DNA of 64,000 nucleotides from a virus (Duplodnaviria; Caudoviricetes): positions 1 to 64,000 of the IMG/VR virus record IMGVR_UViG_2675903036_000001. The stretch is one strand, 5' to 3'. Shown one piece after another: positions 48,052 through 57,287 of this stretch. Under the pieces are notes generated by a model that was not told the origin of the DNA, did not search any database, and worked only from the letters and a program-made list of their open reading frames with translations. Position 1 is the stretch's first letter, and every line of letters begins with the position of its first letter. The position numbers were made by a program, and so were the translations under genes.

Positions 48052-48370
48052 TCCTAAGACCTTTGCGGAATCAACTCTACAATTATTGCAGCAAGACCCG
48101 AGGCGATACCATAATTTCGGGGTGTACTGGTATTTCGTCAAGGCGCTCATGAAGCGGTATTACACCAAAGATAATCTGCATCTCCTTGGCGAGTATATGG
48201 ATGCTGACACCATGGCGAGAATGCCTGAGCACGCTACTTTGCAGGAAGCAATAGAAGCGGCTATCGAGGAATACCGGCATAATGCCAGCTTCAACCTTGG
48301 TCGCTCGACCGTCGAGGATTTAACAGGTGGCGGTGTGCTTGACCTGCATGATGAGGATGCTGGCGTCTAA
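48044..48370 (+). CDS. Hypothetical protein coupled to the DarB-like gene
   Basis: Overlapping start; AGGAG upstream. Confidence 0.65.
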   Translation: MVDPKTFAESTLQLLQQDPRRYHNFGVYWYFVKALMKRYYTKDNLHLLGEYMDADTMARMPEHATLQEAIEAAIEEYRHNASFNLGRSTVEDLTGGGVLDLHDEDAGV

Positions 48371-48408
48371 CTTTCGATAGCGAGAGATCCCTCGTCGTGT
48401 GAGCGTTC

Positions 48409-48425
48409 TGTCGTGACCGTACCAT
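48409..48425 (+). promoter_or_regulatory. Putative late promoter, leaderless
   Basis: TGTCGTGA-CCG-TACCAT-7 nt-ATG (48433). Confidence 0.7.
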
Positions 48426-48432
48426 AGCGCGT

Positions 48433-48567
48433 ATGAGCCAGATTGTATTCATCAAAGCTTTCAGCAGCGAATGGAAGGAGGAGGATCATTCCCGTGATGG
48501 TAACGGAAAATTTGCTGAAAAATCATCCGCCAGTACCGGGTCGAGCCTGCTCCACAACCGTGGGTAA
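48433..48567 (+). pseudogene. 44-aa leader-only ORF (truncated cargo gene or mini-gene)
   Basis: MSQIVFIKAFSSEWKEEDHSRDGNGKFAEK resembles the 50611 N-terminus MRPILFIKSAPLKWNESDHSRNEKGEFAHK. Confidence 0.7.
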
Positions 48568-48681
48568 ATAGCGTTATCCATGAACTCTACAGGGAAACTC
48601 TGTTTTTGGCTGTCTGATTTTTCTGGAAGCTGAGGCGCATGGTTTCTACATTTGCATCAATTCCATTTTTTACAGCAATTT

Positions 48682-48838
48682 CACGAGCTTCCTGCTGAAG
48701 CAGGACTGCCATTAATGGGATGCGTTAGATGATCTGGCCAAGCTCTTGATCACCGGCTCAACAGAAGTAAGCGAGGCATTGACGCATATCGGCATCGCCA
48801 CTCGCTACCTGAATCGCTGGATGGGAAGGAGCCGCTAA
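48682..48838 (+). pseudogene. Second, frameshifted copy of the antirepressor 3' end
   Basis: Closely similar to 33475-33630; shares GCATATCGGCATCGCCACTCGCTACCTGAATCGCTGGATGGG exactly. Confidence 0.9.
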
Positions 48839-48948
48839 CTCATCATTAGCTGGTAATAGGGAAGGAGTGAAATTTCGCTCTTTCCCTTCAGCTCATCAAG
48901 GACAAAGACGCTTGATTTGTCGCGGCTATACGATTGATTGAGTTTTTA

Positions 48949-50307
48949 TCAAAGTGAAACTTTTGCTCTTTCCATAGCCTTCTCATCAAGGGAAAACAGA
49001 TTTACGCGTATCGCGCGACTGAGCGCAGCCTGATGCAATTGCTCTTCAGTTTGGCCAGATGGATTATTCGCTGTCTTCACGTTTTGATATTCAATACTGA
49101 AATCCAGGATATTGAGTAAGGAGTTTTGATTCGTCGAAGAACCGGAATATGCAATCGTGTGCTGAAACCCGAGCTGGGCAAGGAATCTGGCAAAATTCGT
49201 GAAGTATGTGGAATAAGTGCTCAGTGCCGATGGCAATACCCAGGAGATGTGTTTTAGCTTGCTTGTGACCATATCATCGGTAGTAGTGTCGAATGTGCCT
49301 GCCAGCGATTTCCAAGGTTGCACCTGGGTATAGGTATTCTGGGGGATACCGAATAACCCCTTGGCATTCAGCGCATTGAGAGCCGCTCCAACGGCGATTG
49401 ATCCTGTGATGGTTTCCGAGGGACTTGCAGAAGTAGGTTGAGCGATATTTTTTTCATAGATGAACGGTATTTGTTCAAGAGTAGAGCTCTGCCATGCATG
49501 AGGGACGACATCCAGGGTATTGTATTCACTCGTGTAGGTGAGGCTTGCGTTATTACCTTGCGGAATCGATCCGATGACGTACTCGTAGTAGGAAGCGAAA
49601 TTGGTTTCTCCCGGGGTAGGGCCCGCCGTAGCCCATACGTCGATTTCTGTTACCTTGCCATTTGAGTTCCAATTCTGAAGATTTTGCATGTAGAGAGCCA
49701 GCACAGGAGAGAGCGCTCCGCCCAAGCTATGTCCTGCTACGGCAACGTTAGCTCCTGACGGGATGTTGACCGTGGTGCTCGCTAATTGACTCTGAAGGAC
49801 TGTGAGCATGGTGTTGCTGTTCGCATCCACCATACTGAGCAAGGCCGAGAGACCGTCCGCCGCGCCTTGGGAGATGGCTGCATCAGCATACTGACTTGGT
49901 AAAGTCAATTCATTGCCGAGTATGCTTTGCCACGTTACGTTGGTGTGTACGCCGAAATCTTCCGTTAACCACCCATACACCGAATCGATGTTGGTGCCAG
50001 CTATCGCCACGACGAATTGATTTTGAGAAGGACTGTAGAAAAGTACCATTGTGTTATCTGCGATGGCTGGGACAGCTAATGGATTGTGTGACCAGATAAC
50101 TGGTCCCCAAATGACTTGCCAGTCGTTACCGATAAATCCTTGAATTGTTGTATCGTTAAGCGACGCCGTGATGACCTTTGCTACAAATCCCTGAAGATCG
50201 GTGATTGTATTGAAGGAGGTTACTCCGAATGCTGCATTGGAGAGCAGGGAAAGACTATGGATTTGCTGCTCTATGGAATATGTTCCGGGTTGCGCTGTCT
50301 GTTCCAT
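48949..50307 (-). CDS. Class 3 lipase / alpha-beta hydrolase (moron)
   Basis: VAIAGTN, VAGHSLGG, TAGPTPG and NTLDVVP; start at MEQTAQ. Confidence 0.85.
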   Translation of the reverse strand: MEQTAQPGTYSIEQQIHSLSLLSNAAFGVTSFNTITDLQGFVAKVITASLNDTTIQGFIGNDWQVIWGPVIWSHNPLAVPAIADNTMVLFYSPSQNQFVVAIAGTNIDSVYGWLTEDFGVHTNVTWQSILGNELTLPSQYADAAISQGAADGLSALLSMVDANSNTMLTVLQSQLASTTVNIPSGANVAVAGHSLGGALSPVLALYMQNLQNWNSNGKVTEIDVWATAGPTPGETNFASYYEYVIGSIPQGNNASLTYTSEYNTLDVVPHAWQSSTLEQIPFIYEKNIAQPTSASPSETITGSIAVGAALNALNAKGLFGIPQNTYTQVQPWKSLAGTFDTTTDDMVTSKLKHISWVLPSALSTYSTYFTNFARFLAQLGFQHTIAYSGSSTNQNSLLNILDFSIEYQNVKTANNPSGQTEEQLHQAALSRAIRVNLFSLDEKAMERAKVSL

Positions 50308-50586
50308 TTTTTGTATCCTTTTCTGGAAGGGAGTGGTGTGTAGGAGAAACAAAAGCCCTTTTACGTAAATAGCGCTTATCGCAATACAATCCGAATTTAC
50401 TGGATAGGCCGTCAGACAGGGCATGAAAACAATATAGGGGAGGCAAAACAGGAGCAATAAATGAAAAAGAACCGTTTTCCCCCTGTTATTTAAGTGTTCT
50501 GATATGCCAAAAGCATGGTAAGCCAATTATTGTCGAATTGATCATGGCTAACGCAATTTTTGATTGCTCTTGTCTGGAAACACATA

Positions 50587-50603
50587 TGTCGTGACCTCAA
50601 AAT
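50587..50603 (+). promoter_or_regulatory. Putative late promoter, leaderless
   Basis: TGTCGTGA-CCT-CAAAAT-7 nt-ATG (50611). Confidence 0.7.
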
Positions 50604-50610
50604 AGAGGCC

Positions 50611-53600
50611 ATGAGGCCAATCTTATTTATCAAATCAGCTCCCCTCAAATGGAATGAATCCGATCACTCGCGCAATGAAAAGGGTGAGTTTGCGCATAAA
50701 CCATCCATGCATGTTGAGTCAAGCGCCGGAATCGAATCATTTGAACAGGCAAGAGCGTGGTGGCGTAAAAATCTCGGTGGAAAGGTGGCCGACCTGACGG
50801 TTCATCTTTCGCGTTCCGGCGACGGATGGAAAAAAACAATAAAGATCAAGGTTGATTTCCCGTCCAATGAAACCCACGCTTTTACTGAAAAATCAGATCC
50901 TGGCGTAAACCCAGATTGTTACGATAATCCAAAAAAACGTTTGCATCCGAGATCATTTATTCGTGAACGCGCGATATTAATGGATCGCATTGCTAGGACA
51001 ATCGAGTTTCCACAAACGAAAGCCATTCATTATGGCGCTGACCTGTTATTCGAGCGCGTTTATGGAGGCAAGCACCTTGTGGTTGCTTTGACGTGGAGTC
51101 AAGCACGCGGTTTATATGTGTTTGATTCCGCGTATGCGATGTCGGCAGACAAAGTAAAGAAAATCTTGAGCAGTCAAGACCGCACAAAAAACAACGGCCC
51201 ACTTCAAAAAAGTGAGCCATTTGGATCGGCGCCTTCGGTCTTTCGGGACTCTACTGAATCCGGGAGTTACCCCACCGGCAGTAAACCTGTGGTATCAGAA
51301 CCCATCGGCTTCCGTCGCTGCTGCACAGATACTATAGTTGACTTTCTAACGACGGTCAACGCCGATTTGGTGAAGTCGATTCCGGCGGGTGCGCGCTGGA
51401 TCACGGTTCACCCTAATGGCAAGGACGCAAAAGGCCAGCCATTGCTTGTTCAGGAGGAATCAGACGGTTCGATGCGCGTCATTGGTGGCGCTGGCGGCAA
51501 GCTTAATTACCTGAAATTGCGCCATGTCCGCTCTGAGTCCGATTACAAGAAAGAGGCTGGTGAGCGCAGAAAGGCGCAAGCTGAGAAAAGAAAAGAACAG
51601 CGAAAAAAGGATAAAGAGCTTGGTATAAGCGAATCCAAGGGCCGAGCGCGAGAAGCTATTGTTGCTCAACGCAGGGGCGCGGAAAGAGAGTACATCCAGT
51701 CTGTCTCTCAAGCAATGGGCTGGGAGCAATCATCAATCGAATTCCCGGAGCATAAATACGGCCATTTGTCGGATGCCGCCGTCAACAAGCTACGCGGCAA
51801 GCACCATAGAAACTTACTGGAAAAAGCCAAGCAAGCAGTCGAGCTGCAGCGTCAAAAGTTGCTGTCGAGTGAAGAGGCGAGATTGTCTGCCGGGATAGGC
51901 GAAGTGCCTCTTGATACGCAGGATGATGATAGTCTGTCGGTTGATGATCTTAAACCCATCCCAAGTCAGAATGGAGGTCTTGGATATAGCTCTGATTATA
52001 AAGGTCGCGCTGAACGTGCCGGGCTGACTGAGGAAGACTTGAAAGCTGAGTCAAGCGCCATCCGCTCAGAAAAGCTTGCGCAAATGACTGACGCGCAACG
52101 GCAGGCGGCAATCAGGCTAGGTGAAACATCCAGGCTGCTGAAGCAGGAACTGGAAAATATCCGGGAGCCGGTTGTATCGAACGCGGTGAGTGTAATGGAA
52201 GATGCCAAAGCTGCGGTCGAATTACTCAAGGCAGAAAAGAAGCTGAAGGCCATTAACCAGCAAGCAAAAATGAAGCTGGCTGAAGTGGATGAGGCCAGTG
52301 CAAAGGTAGAGCCAAAGGCGTTTGTGCTTGAGTATGCGGCTGACCCTGATATAGAAAAGAAAATCGCGGAAGATATCGAAAACGATCTGCGCACTGCGCA
52401 AACACGCACATTTTTGACGGAATTTCAGCGGTTAGCCGGTGATAAGCCGGAGGAAACCGTTGGAAAATATATGGGTATCGGTGCTTATAACAGCATTAAT
52501 TCCCTGGCGCTTGCTGTGGGTGGTGATGCTTTGGTAGATCGCTCAGTGGTAGATGTGCTGGGTATAGCCGGTGCAGCGCAGGTGCTGGCGAGGCGAGTCC
52601 ATGCCGATCTGAAGGAGGATGTAGATCGGATTGCTGAGGGCATGCAGGAGTTTCACCTTCACCACTACATGACAACCAGCGATCAGGCACTTAATCAAGC
52701 ACGTGAATTGATGGATGTGGCGCGTGAAATTGAGATAGGTGAGGGTGCAACAGGGGCTGATCTTAATACCGCACAAGAGCTCAATGCCAAGCGCCGGGCT
52801 GCGGTGACTGATGCGCAAAAGATCATCGGGCAAGCATTAGGAGAAATGGAGGCCAATGCTGCTCTGGTGATGGCGCTGAAGCAAGGCGCAAAAGATTTGG
52901 TGCAGGTACCATTAGGCAATCTATCTGTCGAAAGTGCAATTGTGCGCGCTAGGGCAATCGGATTGCAGCGTGGGGATTATCAAATTGACGATTCTGCAGG
53001 GCAAACCTTCCTGACCGTCAATGCAAGCGGTATGGATAGATTAGCCAAGCCGGTTAATCGCGAAGATGTAGAGCAGATTAAACATAATCTCTCGATCATG
53101 CGTGGCGATCACGATGAAGATGATTGGCTGCCGTTGGGTGTTGCCAACAGACCAGATTTGGCGATAAATGTTAATCCGGGCATTGCGCCAAGGTTAGCTG
53201 ACCCATTTCAACCAAGCGAAGACCCGGAACAATCACTGCGAGATTATATCGGTGGACGCACGGCTGATGGCGATACGCCTGCCGATATCCTGGCTGACAT
53301 TCAATCGCTGGATTTCTTCCGGAAAGCAGGTAGTGATGAAGCGTACAGAGCTGCGCTAGATGCTGTTGCACCATTAAAGGATCAAGATGGAAAAATACAA
53401 CGAGCTGAATCACTCTCTGACCATTTCGAGCAATATGCAGACCAATTTGTACAATCCAGATACGGTGGATCAAGATCCCCGATCAACCGTCAAAAGTTTG
53501 AAATTAACCAAAAATCAGTTGATGCACTCCATCGCGCATTGTCAGAGGCACCGGAGGGTGTGGCGGCATATAAGCAGATAGGCGAGTTGACCCATACTGA

Positions 53601-55884
53601 TCAAAGGACGCTTAGAGAGTATTTCTATCGTCATGTGGCGAAGGAAACCCCGGAATCCAGCATGTTGCGTCAAGACCTGGAGCAATTGGACAAAAACGAG
53701 CCGGAAAAAGAGTTTGTCGATATGTTTGGCGACACGGCTACTAACCCGGAATGGTCGGCTTGGCGCAATCAGCGTGATGAGCTTGCGGCGAAGGTTAATG
53801 CTGCATCTCTAACCTGGGATAAGTATATTGACACGATGCGTGGGCATGAAAAAGCCTACGAGTCCATTCAGGACATGATTCGTTCGCGCGTGTCCAAAAA
53901 GTTTGTTGATGAGCACAATAAACTGAATCCCGATAATCCTTTGAAGATAGGCCGGTCTGTTATCCGTAATAACCTGAATCATCTGGATGCAACAGACCAG
54001 GAAACGCGGGAAGCAAGAATGGCAGAACAAAGGCAGTTGATAGACAGTCTGCGTGAGCGCTCTCAAGGCAGATATGCTGCAGGTTCTGTCTCTGACAAAC
54101 TGGATGCGGTGAGAGAACGTCAGGAAGCGTTTGAACAGTCGCAAATGGATTTCTTTTCTACTGAGGAAATGCCTGCTGAGGAAGCCATTAAAGAATTAAG
54201 AAGCGATGAGCGGCATACAGTAGGGCATGAAGCAGAGCGGCAGATTGCCGGGATGATGGGTATTGTCGGCAAAAACTTTAAGCCGGGGCAACCCGTAAAA
54301 CTCTGGAATCCATCGATGAGCGGGGGCGATAATTACGCGCGTCAGCGGGCTATCAAGCTGATTCAGGCAAACAAGCGCATCGGCTTGCACCTAGGCGCGG
54401 GATCCGGAAAAACGCTTGTCGGTCTCGGCGGATTTACCCATCTTCATCAGCAAGGGCTTGTAAAAAGAGGGATTGCGGTAGTTCCAAGCATAGTCCAAGG
54501 GCAGTTTTCGGGAGAGGCCATCAGGTATCTTGAGCCGAACAAGTTTAACTGGCACATCGAGCCTGGCGCAAACCGTGCGGAGCGAATCGCGGCATATAAA
54601 AATCCTGATAATCATCTTTGTGTTGTAACTCATCAATCGCTTCGTGACGATCTGTTATATCTGGGTTCGCAACGCGCGGGTATTCCGCCAAAAGAAATGT
54701 CTGAGCGTGTATCAGTGATGACTCACGCAGAACGCAAAGAGTGGGCGCGTGATCTGATGGAGAAAGAAGGAATCGATTTTCAGTACATGATGATCGATGA
54801 AGGTCATAACCTTCTCGACCGTCAAGGGAAGGAAGATTCCGCCATGTCCAACGTGATCGGCTCTTTTTCTGCAAATACTCCTTACTATGTGAGCATGACC
54901 GCCGACCCGGTTCGCAATGACGCGTCGGAAATATTCTCCGCGTTGCAGAAGGTCGCACCGGAAAGATATACCGACAGAGCGGAGTTCATGCGCCGCTACG
55001 GAACAGATACATTGGCATCAAAGGATGCATTGCGTCGAGAAATGGCAAGATACTTCTATCCTCACAAGATAGAACCAAAAGTCAATATCAAAAGCGATGT
55101 GGTGAACGTGCCGCTCAGTGAAGGCCAGAAACACGCTCTGTCTTCATTGGATAAGGATTTGGCGTCTATGCGCATTGCCAGAATGCAAGGCAAGGTGGAT
55201 ATTGAAGCTGCAAAACGGGTGAATCCCGCTATGTTCGATGGCGTTCCCGAAGATCGGCATGAATCGATTGCGAAGTCGTTGCAAAACGCAATTGGGATTG
55301 TCCGTGAGTCCGCTACGCAACGAATAATCAATGCTCACCCAGAATCTGCGAAACTGGACGAAGTGGCGAAACAGGTCAAAGCGAGAAGCGGGAAACCAGG
55401 AATTATTTTTTCACACAGCCTGGAAGCCGTTGAATCCATCAAGTCGCGGCTGGAAAAGGAAGGGATGCGCGTCGTTACGATATCAGGAGCAGATTCGTCT
55501 GCTGAGAAGGATCGTAAGCGCAAGATGTTCAGCCCCGATGGGGGTGAAGAACCGAAAGCCGATATTCTTGTGGCGTCAGATGCTGCAAGCACGGGGCTAA
55601 ACGCGCAGCGCGGTCAGTACCTGATTCAGTACGACGTGGTGAATACTGCGATGACGCACGCTCAACGCAGAGCGCGTATACACCGGATTGGGCAGAAAAA
55701 TGATATTGAATTGATTGATTTGGTTGGAGACCATCCTTCTGAGCGCAGAGCAAGAGACCGATTGGCAAAAAAGTATCAGTTGAGGGATTTGACTACGAGC
55801 CCGCTGGAAGGACTTGATGATACCGGCCTGGCTTATTTCCTGCGCCAGCGAGAACTAACACAAAATCAAGGAGGGTTGTTTTGA
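50611..55884 (+). CDS. Polyvalent protein: N-terminal putative BECR-like nuclease, long helical region, C-terminal SNF2 helicase
   Basis: GAGSGKT, DEGH, MTADP, STGLNAQ and QRRARIHRIGQ. N-terminal HAFT...ERAILMDRI..TI..P...FDSAY; the nuclease call is tentative. Confidence 0.75.
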   Translation: MRPILFIKSAPLKWNESDHSRNEKGEFAHKPSMHVESSAGIESFEQARAWWRKNLGGKVADLTVHLSRSGDGWKKTIKIKVDFPSNETHAFTEKSDPGVNPDCYDNPKKRLHPRSFIRERAILMDRIARTIEFPQTKAIHYGADLLFERVYGGKHLVVALTWSQARGLYVFDSAYAMSADKVKKILSSQDRTKNNGPLQKSEPFGSAPSVFRDSTESGSYPTGSKPVVSEPIGFRRCCTDTIVDFLTTVNADLVKSIPAGARWITVHPNGKDAKGQPLLVQEESDGSMRVIGGAGGKLNYLKLRHVRSESDYKKEAGERRKAQAEKRKEQRKKDKELGISESKGRAREAIVAQRRGAEREYIQSVSQAMGWEQSSIEFPEHKYGHLSDAAVNKLRGKHHRNLLEKAKQAVELQRQKLLSSEEARLSAGIGEVPLDTQDDDSLSVDDLKPIPSQNGGLGYSSDYKGRAERAGLTEEDLKAESSAIRSEKLAQMTDAQRQAAIRLGETSRLLKQELENIREPVVSNAVSVMEDAKAAVELLKAEKKLKAINQQAKMKLAEVDEASAKVEPKAFVLEYAADPDIEKKIAEDIENDLRTAQTRTFLTEFQRLAGDKPEETVGKYMGIGAYNSINSLALAVGGDALVDRSVVDVLGIAGAAQVLARRVHADLKEDVDRIAEGMQEFHLHHYMTTSDQALNQARELMDVAREIEIGEGATGADLNTAQELNAKRRAAVTDAQKIIGQALGEMEANAALVMALKQGAKDLVQVPLGNLSVESAIVRARAIGLQRGDYQIDDSAGQTFLTVNASGMDRLAKPVNREDVEQIKHNLSIMRGDHDEDDWLPLGVANRPDLAINVNPGIAPRLADPFQPSEDPEQSLRDYIGGRTADGDTPADILADIQSLDFFRKAGSDEAYRAALDAVAPLKDQDGKIQRAESLSDHFEQYADQFVQSRYGGSRSPINRQKFEINQKSVDALHRALSEAPEGVAAYKQIGELTHTDQRTLREYFYRHVAKETPESSMLRQDLEQLDKNEPEKEFVDMFGDTATNPEWSAWRNQRDELAAKVNAASLTWDKYIDTMRGHEKAYESIQDMIRSRVSKKFVDEHNKLNPDNPLKIGRSVIRNNLNHLDATDQETREARMAEQRQLIDSLRERSQGRYAAGSVSDKLDAVRERQEAFEQSQMDFFSTEEMPAEEAIKELRSDERHTVGHEAERQIAGMMGIVGKNFKPGQPVKLWNPSMSGGDNYARQRAIKLIQANKRIGLHLGAGSGKTLVGLGGFTHLHQQGLVKRGIAVVPSIVQGQFSGEAIRYLEPNKFNWHIEPGANRAERIAAYKNPDNHLCVVTHQSLRDDLLYLGSQRAGIPPKEMSERVSVMTHAERKEWARDLMEKEGIDFQYMMIDEGHNLLDRQGKEDSAMSNVIGSFSANTPYYVSMTADPVRNDASEIFSALQKVAPERYTDRAEFMRRYGTDTLASKDALRREMARYFYPHKIEPKVNIKSDVVNVPLSEGQKHALSSLDKDLASMRIARMQGKVDIEAAKRVNPAMFDGVPEDRHESIAKSLQNAIGIVRESATQRIINAHPESAKLDEVAKQVKARSGKPGIIFSHSLEAVESIKSRLEKEGMRVVTISGADSSAEKDRKRKMFSPDGGEEPKADILVASDAASTGLNAQRGQYLIQYDVVNTAMTHAQRRARIHRIGQKNDIELIDLVGDHPSERRARDRLAKKYQLRDLTTSPLEGLDDTGLAYFLRQRELTQNQGGLF
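51186..51359 (-). ncRNA. Candidate antisense structured RNA with its own promoter and terminator
   Basis: Minus-strand TTGACC-17-TATAGT; GUAA-capped stem; terminator GGCTCACTT/AAGTGGGCC followed by GTTGTTTTTT. Confidence 0.5.
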
Positions 55885-55960
55885 GAGCAATTATTTCTGC
55901 CATGCTGCTTGTCAGTTGCGGGGTTTCCCCGGCGTCTGACAGTTTTCTGGAGACACGCTG

Positions 55961-56209
55961 TTGATTGATGATCTCAAGGATCGCTCAAGGAGACAGCTAG
56001 GCGAGTTGGCCGTCATGCAGCATCGCATCAATGAAAGCGAGAAGCTGATACTCAAGCGGGCTGAAACGAGGCTGGATGAAGTCAATGCGCGCATTCAGCA
56101 AATACGGTCTTCATCATTGGACCAGTCGCAGGAATATATGAATTTAATCAAAGAGCGTGGTCTACTGCACATGATCATCGCGCAAGCAAAAGCATCTATT
56201 CGGATTTAG
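55961..56209 (+). CDS. Coiled-coil hypothetical protein
   Basis: GGAG RBS; TTG start. Confidence 0.55.
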   Translation: MIDDLKDRSRRQLGELAVMQHRINESEKLILKRAETRLDEVNARIQQIRSSSLDQSQEYMNLIKERGLLHMIIAQAKASIRI

Positions 56210-56288
56210 TTTCACTTGGAATTCTCCAAGTGAGAGAGAACGATTTCTCACTGGCGATTTCGCCAGTGAGCTTTGGTAGCGCACTTTG

Positions 56289-56310
56289 ACCGCCTTCTGG
56301 CGGTTTTTTT
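56289..56310 (+). terminator. Intrinsic terminator
   Basis: ACCGCC-TTCT-GGCGGT followed by a T-run. Confidence 0.8.
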
Positions 56311-56332
56311 GTGATCAATCCCTTATCTATCA

Positions 56333-56349
56333 AGTCGTGATGCAAACAT
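56333..56349 (+). promoter_or_regulatory. Putative late promoter, leaderless, protease-scaffold-capsid operon
   Basis: AGTCGTGA-TGC-AAACAT-6 nt-ATG. Confidence 0.7.
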
Positions 56350-56355
56350 TGCTGC

Positions 56356-57276
56356 ATGAACGACGCGGAGATACTTGCAGCGACACCAGATTACATAAGC
56401 ATCGGGAGCATGCTCAAGGCAACTCCTGCGATGGAGTCTGGGCAGCGTCTGATTTATCTGGAAGCTAGCAACGAGGCGCTTGACCAGCAGAATGAAGTGG
56501 TTCTGCAGAAAGCGCTCAAGGATAGCGCGGACTGGTTTCTGCGCTACGGAAATCTGGATATCGACCATTTCAGTTTGATCGGCAAGCCCAATCCGGCCAA
56601 AGGGTATGCAGGCATACCGGATTATCAGAACTACGAGATTGGTAGACCGCTTGATGTCCGCTTTGATGGTGCCAAGACATTTGTTAAAGGCGAGATTTAT
56701 TCTGGTCAAGGTGCTGCTGCTGAACAGGCCAATCAATTCTGGGAAAGCTTGACTGAAATACAGCCTCCAGCCAGATGGTATCCATCCGTAGGTGGAAGCA
56801 TCATGGAAAAAGCTGTTGAGCTGGATGCCAATACACAAGCGCGCAAAACTGTTATCAGAAAAGTGCGCTGGTCTAATATCGGTTTTAGCAAAACGCCAGT
56901 CAATCCAGCGGTTCCCACAGTGGCCACCGTTCCCATAGGTGTGCTCGTCAAGAGCTGGGGGGCATCCGGTCTTGATATCGCCAAGGCATTGGAAGCAGGT
57001 TACGGCACGGATTCCGCTCAATTGTCGGGCGGCGCGGCATTGCGCAAGCAATCCCTGCATGGCAATCCCATTGGATATTTTGAATTACGCAATCGCTTAT
57101 CGGAGGCTTTGCATAAAGGCAGTCTCGGTAAGAACCCAGGCATACGTGACCTGATTGCGCATTGCACGCAGAAGTTCGGGTTGTCTCGGGACGAGGCCGC
57201 CGAATGTGTTGAGCGCTTCATGCGCGATTTAAAACGTGGGTTGAAAAATCGCCAGGCAATCAGGTCGGGCGGGTAA
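56356..57276 (+). CDS. Prohead protease
   Basis: EASNEALDQQNE, GNLDIDH, IGRP, PSVGG and SKTPVN; upstream of scaffold and MCP. Confidence 0.75.
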   Translation: MNDAEILAATPDYISIGSMLKATPAMESGQRLIYLEASNEALDQQNEVVLQKALKDSADWFLRYGNLDIDHFSLIGKPNPAKGYAGIPDYQNYEIGRPLDVRFDGAKTFVKGEIYSGQGAAAEQANQFWESLTEIQPPARWYPSVGGSIMEKAVELDANTQARKTVIRKVRWSNIGFSKTPVNPAVPTVATVPIGVLVKSWGASGLDIAKALEAGYGTDSAQLSGGAALRKQSLHGNPIGYFELRNRLSEALHKGSLGKNPGIRDLIAHCTQKFGLSRDEAAECVERFMRDLKRGLKNRQAIRSGG

Positions 57277-57287
57277 TAAACGGAGAT

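Noticed and set aside
50308-50526. 73-aa N-terminal extension of the lipase ORF
   Set aside because: Reads like intergenic sequence; an AAGGA RBS precedes the ATG at 50307.
51230-51320. Hammerhead ribozyme in the antisense RNA
   Set aside because: It has CUGAUAC rather than the CUGANGA core, and the stems do not fit.
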